This document shows, one piece after another, positions 36,286 to 45,538 of a stretch of DNA of 64,000 nucleotides. The notes under the pieces were generated by a model that was given only the letters and a program-made list of their open reading frames with translations, had not been told where the DNA came from and made no database searches. The translations under genes were made by a program, and so were the position numbers. Location of the stretch: positions 896,001-960,000 of the forward strand of contig CAVSGM010000001.1 of assembly GCA_963727485.1 (NCBI GenBank), written 5' to 3'. Position 1 is the stretch's first letter. Each line of letters starts with the position of its first letter. Source of the stretch: an uncultured delta proteobacterium (GTDB lineage Bacteria > Myxococcota > Myxococcia > SLRQ01).

Positions 36286-38123
36286 AGGCCGCCACGTTCC
36301 GCGCGCTGCTCCTCGGCGCCGTCGCTGCCATGCTCTTCGCCTGGGCGCCCCCCGCCCGCGCCCAGGGCTACATCTTCCGGGTCCCGACCTTCGAGCTCCA
36401 GGCGACCGTCAACCCGGACGCCTCGGTGTCCCTCGACTACACCATCGTCTTCCACAACCTGCCCGGCGCCCACGCCATCGACATGGTCGACGTGGGCCTG
36501 CCCACCAAGGACTACGACACCACCAACATGGTGGCCTCGGTGGACGGCCAGCACGTCTACGGCTCCATCGGGCCCTCGCCGCGGGTCAAGGACGGGGTGG
36601 TGGTCCACCTGGGGCGGCACGCCATCCCCGCCGGCGCCACCGGCACCTTCCGCTTCCACACGGTGGTCCCGGACCTGGTGTTCAACGACACCACCGACCG
36701 CAAGCTCGCGTCCTTCCGGATCACGCCGACCTGGTTCGCCTCCAGCGTCGTCGCCGGCACCAGCGACCTCAAGATCGCCGTCCTCGTCCCCAAGGGCGTG
36801 AAGCCGGACCAGCTGCTGCACCAGGGGACGCCGTTCACCGAGAAGGCCGTCTTCCACGATCGCGCCGCCGCCATCTGGGAGTACCGGAACGCCCGGGTCA
36901 CCGGCCCGCACCTGGTGGGCCTCTCGTTCCCCATCTCCTCGATGAAGCGGGTGGTGCACATCTCCAAGCTCGAGCTGCTGGCGAGGTGGTGGGTGGCGAG
37001 CCCGGGGGTGCGGCTCATCGCCGCCCTGCTGATGCTCGGGCTCTTCGCCTTCGAGTTCTTCCGCTTCTCCGGGCGGACCGGGTGCACCGTGTGGGGCGCC
37101 CTCACCGCCGGGGCCGTGGTCCTGTTCATCTTCGCGCCGCGGATGCAGCTGTGGCTCGTCGTCCCCTGGGTCGTGGCCCTGGTGCTCATGGAGTGGGCGC
37201 TGCGCCGCAAGCGCCGGGACTACCTCCCGCCCATCGTCAACGTCGAGGGCGGGGGCATCAAGCGCGGGCTCACGGCGCCCGAGGCCGCGGCGCTCCTCGA
37301 GGTGCCGCTGGGCAAGCTGGTGACCCTGGTGGTCTTCGGCCTCCTGAAGAAGGGCGTGCTGGTCTCCAAGCAGACCGAGCCCCTGGTGCTCGAGGTCGCC
37401 GAGGCGTTCCGGGGCCAGAGCCCCACGGCGAGGCGCAAGGCCGCGTCCCAGGCCGGCGTGGTCCTCCAGAAGTACGAGAACGCCTTCATCGACGAGGTGG
37501 AGAAGCACGCGGGGAAGCCGGTCACCGAGATGGACTTCTCGGACGCGGTGAAGGGGCTCCTCGATGCCGCCACCTCGCGGGTCAGCGGCTTCGACGTCAG
37601 CGACACCAAGGCCTACTACAAGAAGATCGTGGAGCGGGCGTGGAAGATGGCCGAGGACCTCGGGCCCATCGACCAGCGCACGAAGGCCGTGGACAAGAAC
37701 CTCGAGTGGCTGCTCATCGACCACGGCTACCAGCGCCGCTTCGACCACTGGGGCACCAGCGGGTTCCTCTATGCGCCCCTGTGGATCCGCTCCCCGGGCA
37801 GCGCCATCGGCCCGGTGGGCACCGCGCCCTCCGGGGGCTCGGGGTCGTCCGCGCCGAGCTTCGGCGACGTCTCCGGCTCCTTTGCCGGCTGGACCCAGAA
37901 CGTCACCGCGGGCATCGCCGGGGCCATCCTCCCCGGCGCCGTGACCGCGCCGAGCGCCAGCGGCGGGGTCATCAACCTCTCGGGCTTCGACCACGCCACC
38001 GCCGACGTCTTCCAGGCCATGGCCGCCTCGGGCTCGAGCTCCGGGGGCGGCTCCGGGGGCGGGTGCGCCTGCGCCTGCGCCGGGTGCGCCTGTGCCTGCG
38101 CCTGTGCCGGGGGCGGGGTGTGA
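36282..38123 (+). CDS. DUF2207-like membrane protein with C-terminal (Cys-Ala)n tail
   Basis: Signal peptide, beta-rich exported domain (VNPDASV...Y), about 3 TM, LTAPEAA.LL, cytoplasmic domain, ends SGGGSGGGCACACAGCACACACAGGGV. Confidence 0.82.
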   Translation: MKAATFRALLLGAVAAMLFAWAPPARAQGYIFRVPTFELQATVNPDASVSLDYTIVFHNLPGAHAIDMVDVGLPTKDYDTTNMVASVDGQHVYGSIGPSPRVKDGVVVHLGRHAIPAGATGTFRFHTVVPDLVFNDTTDRKLASFRITPTWFASSVVAGTSDLKIAVLVPKGVKPDQLLHQGTPFTEKAVFHDRAAAIWEYRNARVTGPHLVGLSFPISSMKRVVHISKLELLARWWVASPGVRLIAALLMLGLFAFEFFRFSGRTGCTVWGALTAGAVVLFIFAPRMQLWLVVPWVVALVLMEWALRRKRRDYLPPIVNVEGGGIKRGLTAPEAAALLEVPLGKLVTLVVFGLLKKGVLVSKQTEPLVLEVAEAFRGQSPTARRKAASQAGVVLQKYENAFIDEVEKHAGKPVTEMDFSDAVKGLLDAATSRVSGFDVSDTKAYYKKIVERAWKMAEDLGPIDQRTKAVDKNLEWLLIDHGYQRRFDHWGTSGFLYAPLWIRSPGSAIGPVGTAPSGGSGSSAPSFGDVSGSFAGWTQNVTAGIAGAILPGAVTAPSASGGVINLSGFDHATADVFQAMAASGSSSGGGSGGGCACACAGCACACACAGGGV

Positions 38124-38830
38124 CCGCGGCGGACCTCCCGTCGCCAGAGGCCCTCGAGGCCCAGGCGGCGCGGCTGGCGGGGATGCGCAGCCGGCTCCTC
38201 CGCCAGGCCGGCGTCGCCCACCTCGGGCCGGTCCTCGATCTCGGCGCCGGCTACGGCGCGGTCACCGGCGAGCTGCGCCGGCGCGCCAAGGGGCCGGTGG
38301 TGGCCCTCGACCGGCGCCGCGAGGCCCTGGCGCACGCCGGTCCCCCGGCGGTGGCGGCGGACGCCCACGCGCTGCCGTTCAGCCGGGGCGCCTTCGCCGC
38401 GGTGTTCTGCCAACTGGTCTTCCTCTGGCTCGCCGACCTGCCCCGGGCCCTCGCCGAGATCGACCGGGTGCTGGCACCCGGCGGGACCCTCCTGGCCATC
38501 GAGCCCGACTACGGGGGCCTCGTGGAGCACCCGGCGGACCTCGCCCTCGGCGAGGTGTGGCGCGCCGCCATCGCCCGGGCCGGCGGCGATCCCCTCGCCG
38601 GACGGCACCTGGTCGCCCGCCTCGGCGAGGCCGGCTACCACGCCGAGACCCGGCTCCTCCCGAGCCTCGCCGCCCCCGACGGGACGCGCTTCGACGTCCT
38701 GGCGGGCCTGCCCCTCGAGCCCGCCGAGCGCGCCCGGGTCGACGCCGCCCGCCGCGCCGAGCAGGCCCTGCCGCCTGGCGCCGCCGTCATCCACCTCCCG
38801 TTCTTCTTCGTCCTCGCCCGCCGGCGCTGA
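38120..38830 (+). CDS. Class I SAM-dependent methyltransferase
   Basis: VLDLGAGYG, ADAHALPF, RVLAPGG.L..IEPDY; GTGA overlap with the previous gene. Confidence 0.88.
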   Translation: MTAADLPSPEALEAQAARLAGMRSRLLRQAGVAHLGPVLDLGAGYGAVTGELRRRAKGPVVALDRRREALAHAGPPAVAADAHALPFSRGAFAAVFCQLVFLWLADLPRALAEIDRVLAPGGTLLAIEPDYGGLVEHPADLALGEVWRAAIARAGGDPLAGRHLVARLGEAGYHAETRLLPSLAAPDGTRFDVLAGLPLEPAERARVDAARRAEQALPPGAAVIHLPFFFVLARRR

Positions 38831-38864
38831 TCGGCCGCGGCCCAGGTGATATAGAGCGGCGCAC

Positions 38865-40227
38865 ATGGGATCCCGGGAAGACATCCTCTCCGGCTGGGGC
38901 GGCTACCCGAAGGCGCGCACCGAGGTGGTGCGCCCGGAGGCGGTGACCCAGCTCCCCGGCGCCTTCACCGGCGTGGGCCACGTCATCCCCCGGGGCCTCG
39001 GGCGCAGCTACGGCGACGCCGCCTTCGCCGGCGACGGGCGCACGGTGCTCACCGGCCGCCTCGACCGCATCCTCGAGCTCGACGAGGACGCCGCCGAGAT
39101 CGAGGTGGAGGCGGGGTTGCGCCTCGACGCCCTCATCCGCTTCCTGGTGCCGCGGGGCCTGTTCCCCGCGGTGGTCCCGGGGACCTCCCAGGTGACCCTC
39201 GGCGGGCTGGTCGCCTGCGACGTCCACGGGAAGAACCACCACGTCGCCGGCGCCACCTCCCGCCACGTCCTCGAGCTGGGCCTGGTGCTCCCGAGCGGCG
39301 AGCGGGTCACCGTCAGCCGCACCGAGGACCCCGAGCTCTTCTGGGCGACGCTGGGGGGCATGGGCCTCACCGGCATCGTGGAGCGGGTGCGCCTGAAGCT
39401 CGAGCGCATCGAGAGCGCCTACTTCTCCGTGGACATCGACCGGACCGCCGACTTCGAGGAGGCCCTCGACCGGTTCCACGACTCCGACGACCAGTACACC
39501 CACTCGGTCGCCTGGATCGACGCCCTGGCCCGGGGCCGGCACCTGGGGCGCGGGGTGCTGCTGCGGGGCAACTGGCTCCCCGCCGCGGGCCTCACCGGCC
39601 GCCGCGCCCGGGACCCGCTCAAGGTCGTCCGCCGGCCCACCGCCGCGGTGCCCCTGACGCCCCCCTCGGGCCTCCTCAACACCGCGTCGATCACCGCGTT
39701 CAACACGGCCTTCTACCTCAAGAACCCGAAGCGCGCCCGGGGCCACGTCGAGGACTACGACAAGTACTTCTTCCCCCTCGACATCGTCCACGACTGGAAC
39801 CGGCTCTACGGCCCGAAGGGCTTCCTCCAGTACCAGCTGGTGATCCCCGAGGACGGCGGCCGCGAGGGGCTCCGGGAGATCCTGGAGACCAGCGCCGAGG
39901 CCCACGTGCCGAGCTTCCTCTCGGTGCTCAAGCGCTTCGGCCCCGAGGAGGCCGACCAGCTCCTCTCGTTCCCCATGGCCGGCTACACCTACACCCTCGA
40001 CATCCCCATGGCCGGCGAGGAGACCCTGGACCTCCTCGAGCGCTTCGACCGCATGGTCCTCGACCGCGGGGGCCGGCTCTACCTCGCCAAGGACGCGCGC
40101 ATGAGCGCCCAGCACCTTCCGCGCCATGTACCCGGGCTGGGAGCGGTTCCTGGCGGTGAAGCGCCGGGTCGACCCCGAGGGGCGCCTGGCCTCCGACCTC
40201 GCCCGCCGCCTGGAGCTCGTCCGATGA
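38865..40227 (+). CDS. FAD-binding oxidoreductase, decaprenylphosphoryl-ribose oxidase DprE1-like (frameshift near 40110)
   Basis: SGWG, RGLGRSYGDAA, VPGT..VT.GG..A.DVHGKNHH, GGMGLTG, FFPLD....WNRLYG..GFLQYQ, GGRLYLAKD, SDLARRL. Confidence 0.88.
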
Positions 40228-40962
40228 ACGACACGGTCCTCGTCCTCGGCGCCACCTCGCCCATCGCCCGGGGCACCGCCGCCGCCCTGGCGCGCCGGGG
40301 CCACGACCTCCACCTCTTCGGCCGCGACGCCGAGGCGCTCGCGCGCACCGCCGCCGACCTGCGGACGCGGTACGGCGTCGAGGTGCGCACCAGCACCTTC
40401 GACGCCGAGGATCTGCGCGAGCCACGCGCAGCTGCTCACCGAGGCCTTCTCCGAGGACGAGGTCACCGGCGTGGTCGTCGCCGTGGGCCGCCTCGGGGAC
40501 CAGGCCCGCGCCGAGACCGACCCGGCCCACGCCGCGGAGATCCTCCAGGTGAACCTCGGCAGCGCGGTGAGCCTGCTGACCCACGCGGCCAACCACCTCG
40601 AGGCCGGCGGCAAGGGCTTCATCGTGGGCATCTCGTCGGTGGCCGGCGACCGGGGCCGCCAGTCGAACTACGTCTACGGTGCCGCCAAGGGCGGGCTCAC
40701 GGTGTTCCTCCAGGGGCTCCGGAACCGCCTGGCGCCCAAGGGCGTCCACGTGCTCACGGTGAAGCCGGGCTTCGTGGACACCCGGATGACCTTCGGCAAG
40801 CCCGGGATGTTCGCGGTCGCCGAGCCGGAGAAGGTGGGCGAGGGCATCGCCCGGGCCCTCGATCACCGGCGCAACGTGGTCTACCTCCCGGGGTTCTGGC
40901 GTGCCATCATGGGCGTCATCGACGCCATCCCCGAGACCGTGTTCAAGCGCCTCAAGCTGTGA
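40224..40962 (+). CDS. SDR oxidoreductase, DprE2-like (frameshift near 40415)
   Basis: LVLGATS.IA, ISSVAGDRGRQSNYVYGAAK, VKPGFVDT.MT, IPE.VFKRL. Confidence 0.88.
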
Positions 40963-41883
40963 CGCCCGAAGCCCCGTCGCCCGTGTCCGAAGCCCTCGCC
41001 ACCGCGCCGCTCCACCTCACCTGCGAGTCCTGCGGGGCGGCCCTCACCGTGGCGCCGGAGATGGCGCACCACCGTGTGCCCCTACTGCGCGGCGGCGGCG
41101 GTCATCGAGCGGCCGGCGGGGGACGGCGCCGAGGACCCGGTGTTCACCGTGCCCTTCGTGGTACCCGAGGCGCGCGCCCGGGCGCTCGCCGCCGCCTGGG
41201 TCCACCGGCGGCGCCTGTTCACCCCCTCGGCCTTCTCCAAGGCCAAGGTCGGCGACGTGCGCGGGGTCTACCTCCCGGCGTGGCTCTACGGCGCCACCGC
41301 CCACACCGAGTACGACGTGGAGATCGGCGAGGACTACGAGAAGCGCGGCGCCGACGGGAAGGAGCACGTGACGACCGAGTGGTGGTAGTTCTCGGGGAGC
41401 CACGCCACCTACGTCCACGACGTGCTGGTCACCGCCTCCAAGGGCGTCCCCGACGACGAGCTGGCGAAGGTCGAGCCCTTCGACCTCGGGGCCCTGCGCC
41501 GCTACCGGCCCGAGCTCATCGCCGGGTGGATCGCCGAGGATCCCTCGGTGGGCAGGGGCGCCTCCCTGGGCCGCGCCCAGGAGGAGGCCAAGGCCCAGGT
41601 GGTGGGCCAGCTCGGCAGCTACCTCCCCGGCGACAGCCAGCGCGACCTCCGCATCGGCGTCCGCTTCGACGACGAGGACCTGTCCCTGGTGCTGGTGCCG
41701 GTGTGGGTCCTGGCGGTGCGCTGGCGCGAGGACAAGCCAACCGTCCGCCTCCTCGTCAACGGCCAGAGCGGCGAGGCCGCCGGCAAGGTCCCCTTGAGCC
41801 CGGTGAAGATCCTGGTGGCCAGCGTCCTGGGCCTCGGGGTCCTGGCCGCCGCCGCCGCGTACCTCTGGCCGCTGTTCCAATGA
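40959..41883 (+). CDS. Zn-ribbon membrane-anchored protein (frameshift near 41065, in-frame TAG at 41386-41388)
   Basis: CESCGA..CPYC, VPF, GVYLPAW.Y, EPFDL, LVPVW, VNGQSG..G..P.S..KI, C-terminal TM. Confidence 0.7.
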
Positions 41884-42862
41884 CCGTCCCCGTCGCCAGA
41901 GGCGCCGCCTGCGCCCGCTGCCAGTGCGAGCTGGCCCCCGAGGACCTGCGCTGCGCGGTGTGCGGCCTGCCGTCCCCGGAGCGCCAGGGCGAGGTCCCCG
42001 AGCGGGCCCTGGCCCAGATCCTCCGGTGCGAGGCCTGCGGGGCGGCCATCAGCTACGACGCCGCCCTCGGCGCGCCGAAGTGCGCCTTCTGCGGCGCGGT
42101 GATGCACCTGGAGGCGCCGGTGGATCCGGTGGAGCACGCCGACGCCTGGCTGCCCTTCACCATCCAGGCCGAGCACGCGAAGCGCGCCCTCGACGCGTTC
42201 CTCTCGAAGCGCCGGTTCCTCCGCCCCAGCGGGCTCGCCGCCGAGGCGAAGGTCACCGGCCTCAAGCCCCTGTGGTGGGTCGCCTGGATCTTCGACGCCG
42301 ACGGCGAGGTCACCTGGACCGCCGACTCGGACGAGGGGAGCAAGAAGTCCGCCTGGGCGCCCCACTCCGGGAGCGGCACCCTCCACCTGGAGCGGGAGCT
42401 GATCTCGGCGTCCCGGGGGCTCACCGAGGACGAGACCGCGGCGCTGGCCTCGAGCTTCCGCCTCGAGGAGGCCCGGCAGGGCACGCCGTCCGGGGTCGAG
42501 GGCGCGGTGGTCGAGCGCTTCGACGTCCAGCGCTCGGCGGCGCGCCAGCGCATCACCCTGGCCATCGAGGCCGAGGCCCAGGCGCAGGCGGAGGCGCGTT
42601 GGATCCCCGGGAGCCGGAAGCGCAACGTCCACACCGCGGTGCGCATCACCGGCCTGCGAGACCGAGCGCTACGCCCTGCCGAGCTGGGTGCTCGCCTGGC
42701 GCTACCGGGGCAAGGTCCACCGGGCGGTCATCAGCGGCCAGGACGCCACCCGGGTGGTGGGCAAGGTGCCCTTCTCGCCGTGGAAGGTGGTCGGGCTTCG
42801 TCACCGGGCTCACGGTGGCCGTCGGCGCGCTCGTCGCCGCGGCGGTCTACTTCCTCGGGTAG
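41880..42862 (+). CDS. Double Zn-ribbon membrane-anchored protein, paralogous to the previous gene (frameshifts near 42655 and 42795)
   Basis: CARC..CAVC, CEACGA..CAFCG, LPF, ISGQD...GKVP.S.WK, C-terminal TM. Confidence 0.7.
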
Positions 42863-42900
42863 GCGCCGGCGCGCGCTCGGCCGGCGGCCCGGGGCGTGCG

Positions 42901-43469
42901 CTACTTGCGCTCGTAGGTCCCGACGAGCTCGGCGGTCGCCAGGGCGTGCTGCTTCGCCTCGGCCTCGAGGGCCCGGTAGTCCTTGGGCGCCGGCTCCAGC
43001 TTGTCCACCGAGAGCGCGTAGAGCGTGAAGTGGTAGTGGTGCGGGCCGTGGCCCGGGGGCGGGCAGGGGCCGCCGAAGCCGTGCTTGCCGAAGTCGTTCT
43101 TCACGCTCTGGCCCGGCAGCTTCTCGCCGGGCGCGAGGCCCTTCACCGACGCGGGCACGTCGTAGAGCCCCAGGTGCACCCAGCCCTGGGGCCGCGGGGC
43201 GTCGGGGTCGAAGACGGTGAGCGCGAAGCTCTTCGTCCCCGCCGGGGCGCCGGACCAGGACAGGGGCGGCAGGGTGTCCTTCCCCTCGCAGCTGTGGACC
43301 TTGGGGATGGGCTGCGCCGGCGGCGAAGTCGGCGCTCTCGAGCTTCAGGGTGGACTCGGCCATGGTCGGCTCCTTGTAGGCGAGGAGGGCCACCCCGGCG
43401 AGGCGCGGCGACGGCGAGGCCCAGGACGAGGCGCCGGCGGGCGCGGGGCGGGGCTTGGCGGGTCGGCAT
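42901..43469 (-). CDS. YbhB/YbcL (PEBP/Raf kinase inhibitor-like) protein (frameshift near 43315)
   Basis: LKLES.DF, P.L.W...PAGTKSFAL..FDPDAP..GWVH, FGGPCPPPGHGPHHYHFTLYAL. Confidence 0.88.
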
Positions 43470-43727
43470 GGGGTGGCCTCCGGAACGGGTTCGGTGGGGG
43501 CCATGCTAGTCATCGGTCCCGAGGGCGTCACGCGGGCATGGGCAACCAGGTCGTGTCCGCCCAGGTGGCCACCAGCGGGGCGTTGGTCCAGCGGACCGAT
43601 GCGTCTTGCCTGCTGGATGCAGATGCTCCACCAGGGGTCGACGGAGACCTTTCACATGGTGCGCCGGCCGTTTCTCATGAAGCCCCTTGGGAGGGCTTTA
43701 CACCACTCGGGCGGACCCTAACGGGCA

Positions 43728-44268
43728 TCAGACCGAAAGCTGGTTCACCAAAGCTGAGAGATCCGCATCAGGGGGCGCGGTCATCAGCCTCAAGACTGCC
43801 TGTGTGAGCCGAAAGAATCGATGCGGTGATGATCCCCTTGCGCCGTGGGCGGCCCAAACGAATCTGATCTCCCGCATAGCGGGCGCCGGGCTCGCCGCGA
43901 GTTCCTCCCTCGCTGCTTCGGCAACTGCACGCGAGAGATCGTCGGGCAGCCCCCACCGGACCACGTCGATACGACGAGGCAATGCATCCTCGAACAGTGG
44001 CCCATCGCTCACGGTAGCTGGCACTACGACTCTTTAGCTTGTCTCCGGCGGGTAGGCGACCGCTTGCCTGAGCACCCAGCAGGCCGTAGTCGAAGCGGCC
44101 TCCTGCCGGCACCAGCATCTCGACGACCACCGTAGCTCTGTGGACCTTCGTTGCAGATCCAGCCTCGACCTCGAACGACTTCTCCGTGACCGCCGGCGGC
44201 ATGCCTTTGCCAGGAGGCTCGAACCAGACGCGGCCTTTTCGTGAGAAGGGGAGAGCGAGATCGATCAT
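43728..44268 (-). CDS. Putative immunity protein of the Rhs toxin (frameshift near 44030-44060)
   Basis: ATGA overlap with the toxin stop; lower GC; ORFs 43768..44268 and 43728..44024 join; YGLLGA..., GLP....AV, AAHG..GSS..F. Confidence 0.6.
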
Positions 44269-45330
44269 TTGATGCCCCAGAATGCCTTGGTTCCGGCGTC
44301 AAACCACTCGCTGAACTCGGCAACAACCTCGGGTGCGTACAGTTGAGCGTAGTTCATACCTTCGTCAAGTGCGTATGTTGCCAAAGCTGCTGCATGAGCT
44401 TCTTGGTACTCCATGCCGCCCTGGCGGAGGCCAAGCTCTAGCGATCTCGTGCAGATAGAATTGCGCATCTGCACCGGTGAGGGGCGCCCCGGCGTCGATG
44501 GCGGCCTCGAGACGGGAGACCATCGCCGCGTTGTAGGGCTCCGAATCCGCGCCCAGTTCGGTGAGGTTCTGCACCACGAGCCCGAGCCCCTCATCTGTGG
44601 CCTGCACCCCATACCTGACCGCGGATACCGCGCCGCAGGCGCCTGCGTAGGCCGCTTCGCCACCCTCAACGGCATCTCCGATACCGAAAGTGGCGATGCC
44701 GATTGCCGCGTTTGAGAAGAGCCACGCGCCCGCGTTCGCCCACGGGCCGTCCGGCGGATCCGGAGTCCAATCGAGCCCATGGTAGTGCGCGAAGATCGTC
44801 CCATGACCCCCGACGAAGTACCAGTCGGATCCATCGGGAGAAGCCAGCTTCAGCGGGTAGCCACCGTTTGGATCTGCCCATCCGGCAGGGTTGTCGAAGG
44901 CGTACTGGTAGGGGTTGCCCGACGACGTTGCCGGCGCCAGCTGGGCAGCGGCCAGGCGTCCACGACCTCCATCGGCTCCAGCGCCGTGAACTGCCCCATG
45001 TCGGGGGCGTAGTAGCGGGCGCCGTTGTAGTCCCAGTCGGTCTCGGGGTCGTGGTACTCGCCCGGGGCGCGCAGGGGGATCCAGACCGGTGAGGCGCCGG
45101 TCTCGTACATCTGGCAACGGTGACCCAGTCGGTGACCACGCGACCCTGGTGTGCGCCGCCGACGTGTCCGGCCGCGAGAAGGTCGGCGCCGGTGCCGTGG
45201 TCGGTCAGGGTGGCGTAGTCGGAGGAGAGGCTGGCGGTGTCGACGTCGTGGAACCGCGCCCGGGCGCGCATGGACATGCCGGCGGGGATGGGCGGCGCGA
45301 AGGTCGCCAGCACGGCGTTGGTGCTCGCCG
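44265..45330 (-). pseudogene. Orphan/truncated Rhs core fragment with C-terminal toxin domain (frameshifted)
   Basis: PLRAPGEYHDPETDWDYNGARYYAPDMGQF..EP; NPYQYAFDNP..WADPNG cleavage motif; distinct lower-GC C-terminal domain ending FWGIK. Confidence 0.82.
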
Positions 45331-45538
45331 CGTAGGGGTGGGCCCCGGTGTCGACCCTGCGCTACTACCCTCGGCGACTGTCCGGATCCAGGACGCCAAC
45401 CCGGGGGACGTCCCCCGCAAACCGCCCGGGAATTGGGCACAACCCCCCGGAATCCTTTGCCGCGGGAGGTAAAGTGACCCCTCGGCGCAACTGTGGTTCC
45501 ATGCCGCCCCCCCAGCCCAGTCCCGCTCTGGAGGCAGC

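Noticed and set aside
38064..38110. (TGCGCC)n as a non-coding microsatellite
   Set aside because: It is in frame at a CDS end with synonymous variation and a Gly interruption, so it was treated as a protein motif.
41386..41388. In-frame TAG (also 27574-27576) as pyrrolysine or stop-codon reassignment
   Set aside because: TAG is the normal stop of many genes here (gor, corA, acs). The proteins are not Pyl-type families and no pyl genes are seen. A point mutation or base-call error is more likely.
38865..43028. 1387-aa ORF as a giant DprE1 fusion
   Set aside because: It is a chimera of four separate genes whose frames are joined by indels; internal starts with stop/start overlaps are visible.
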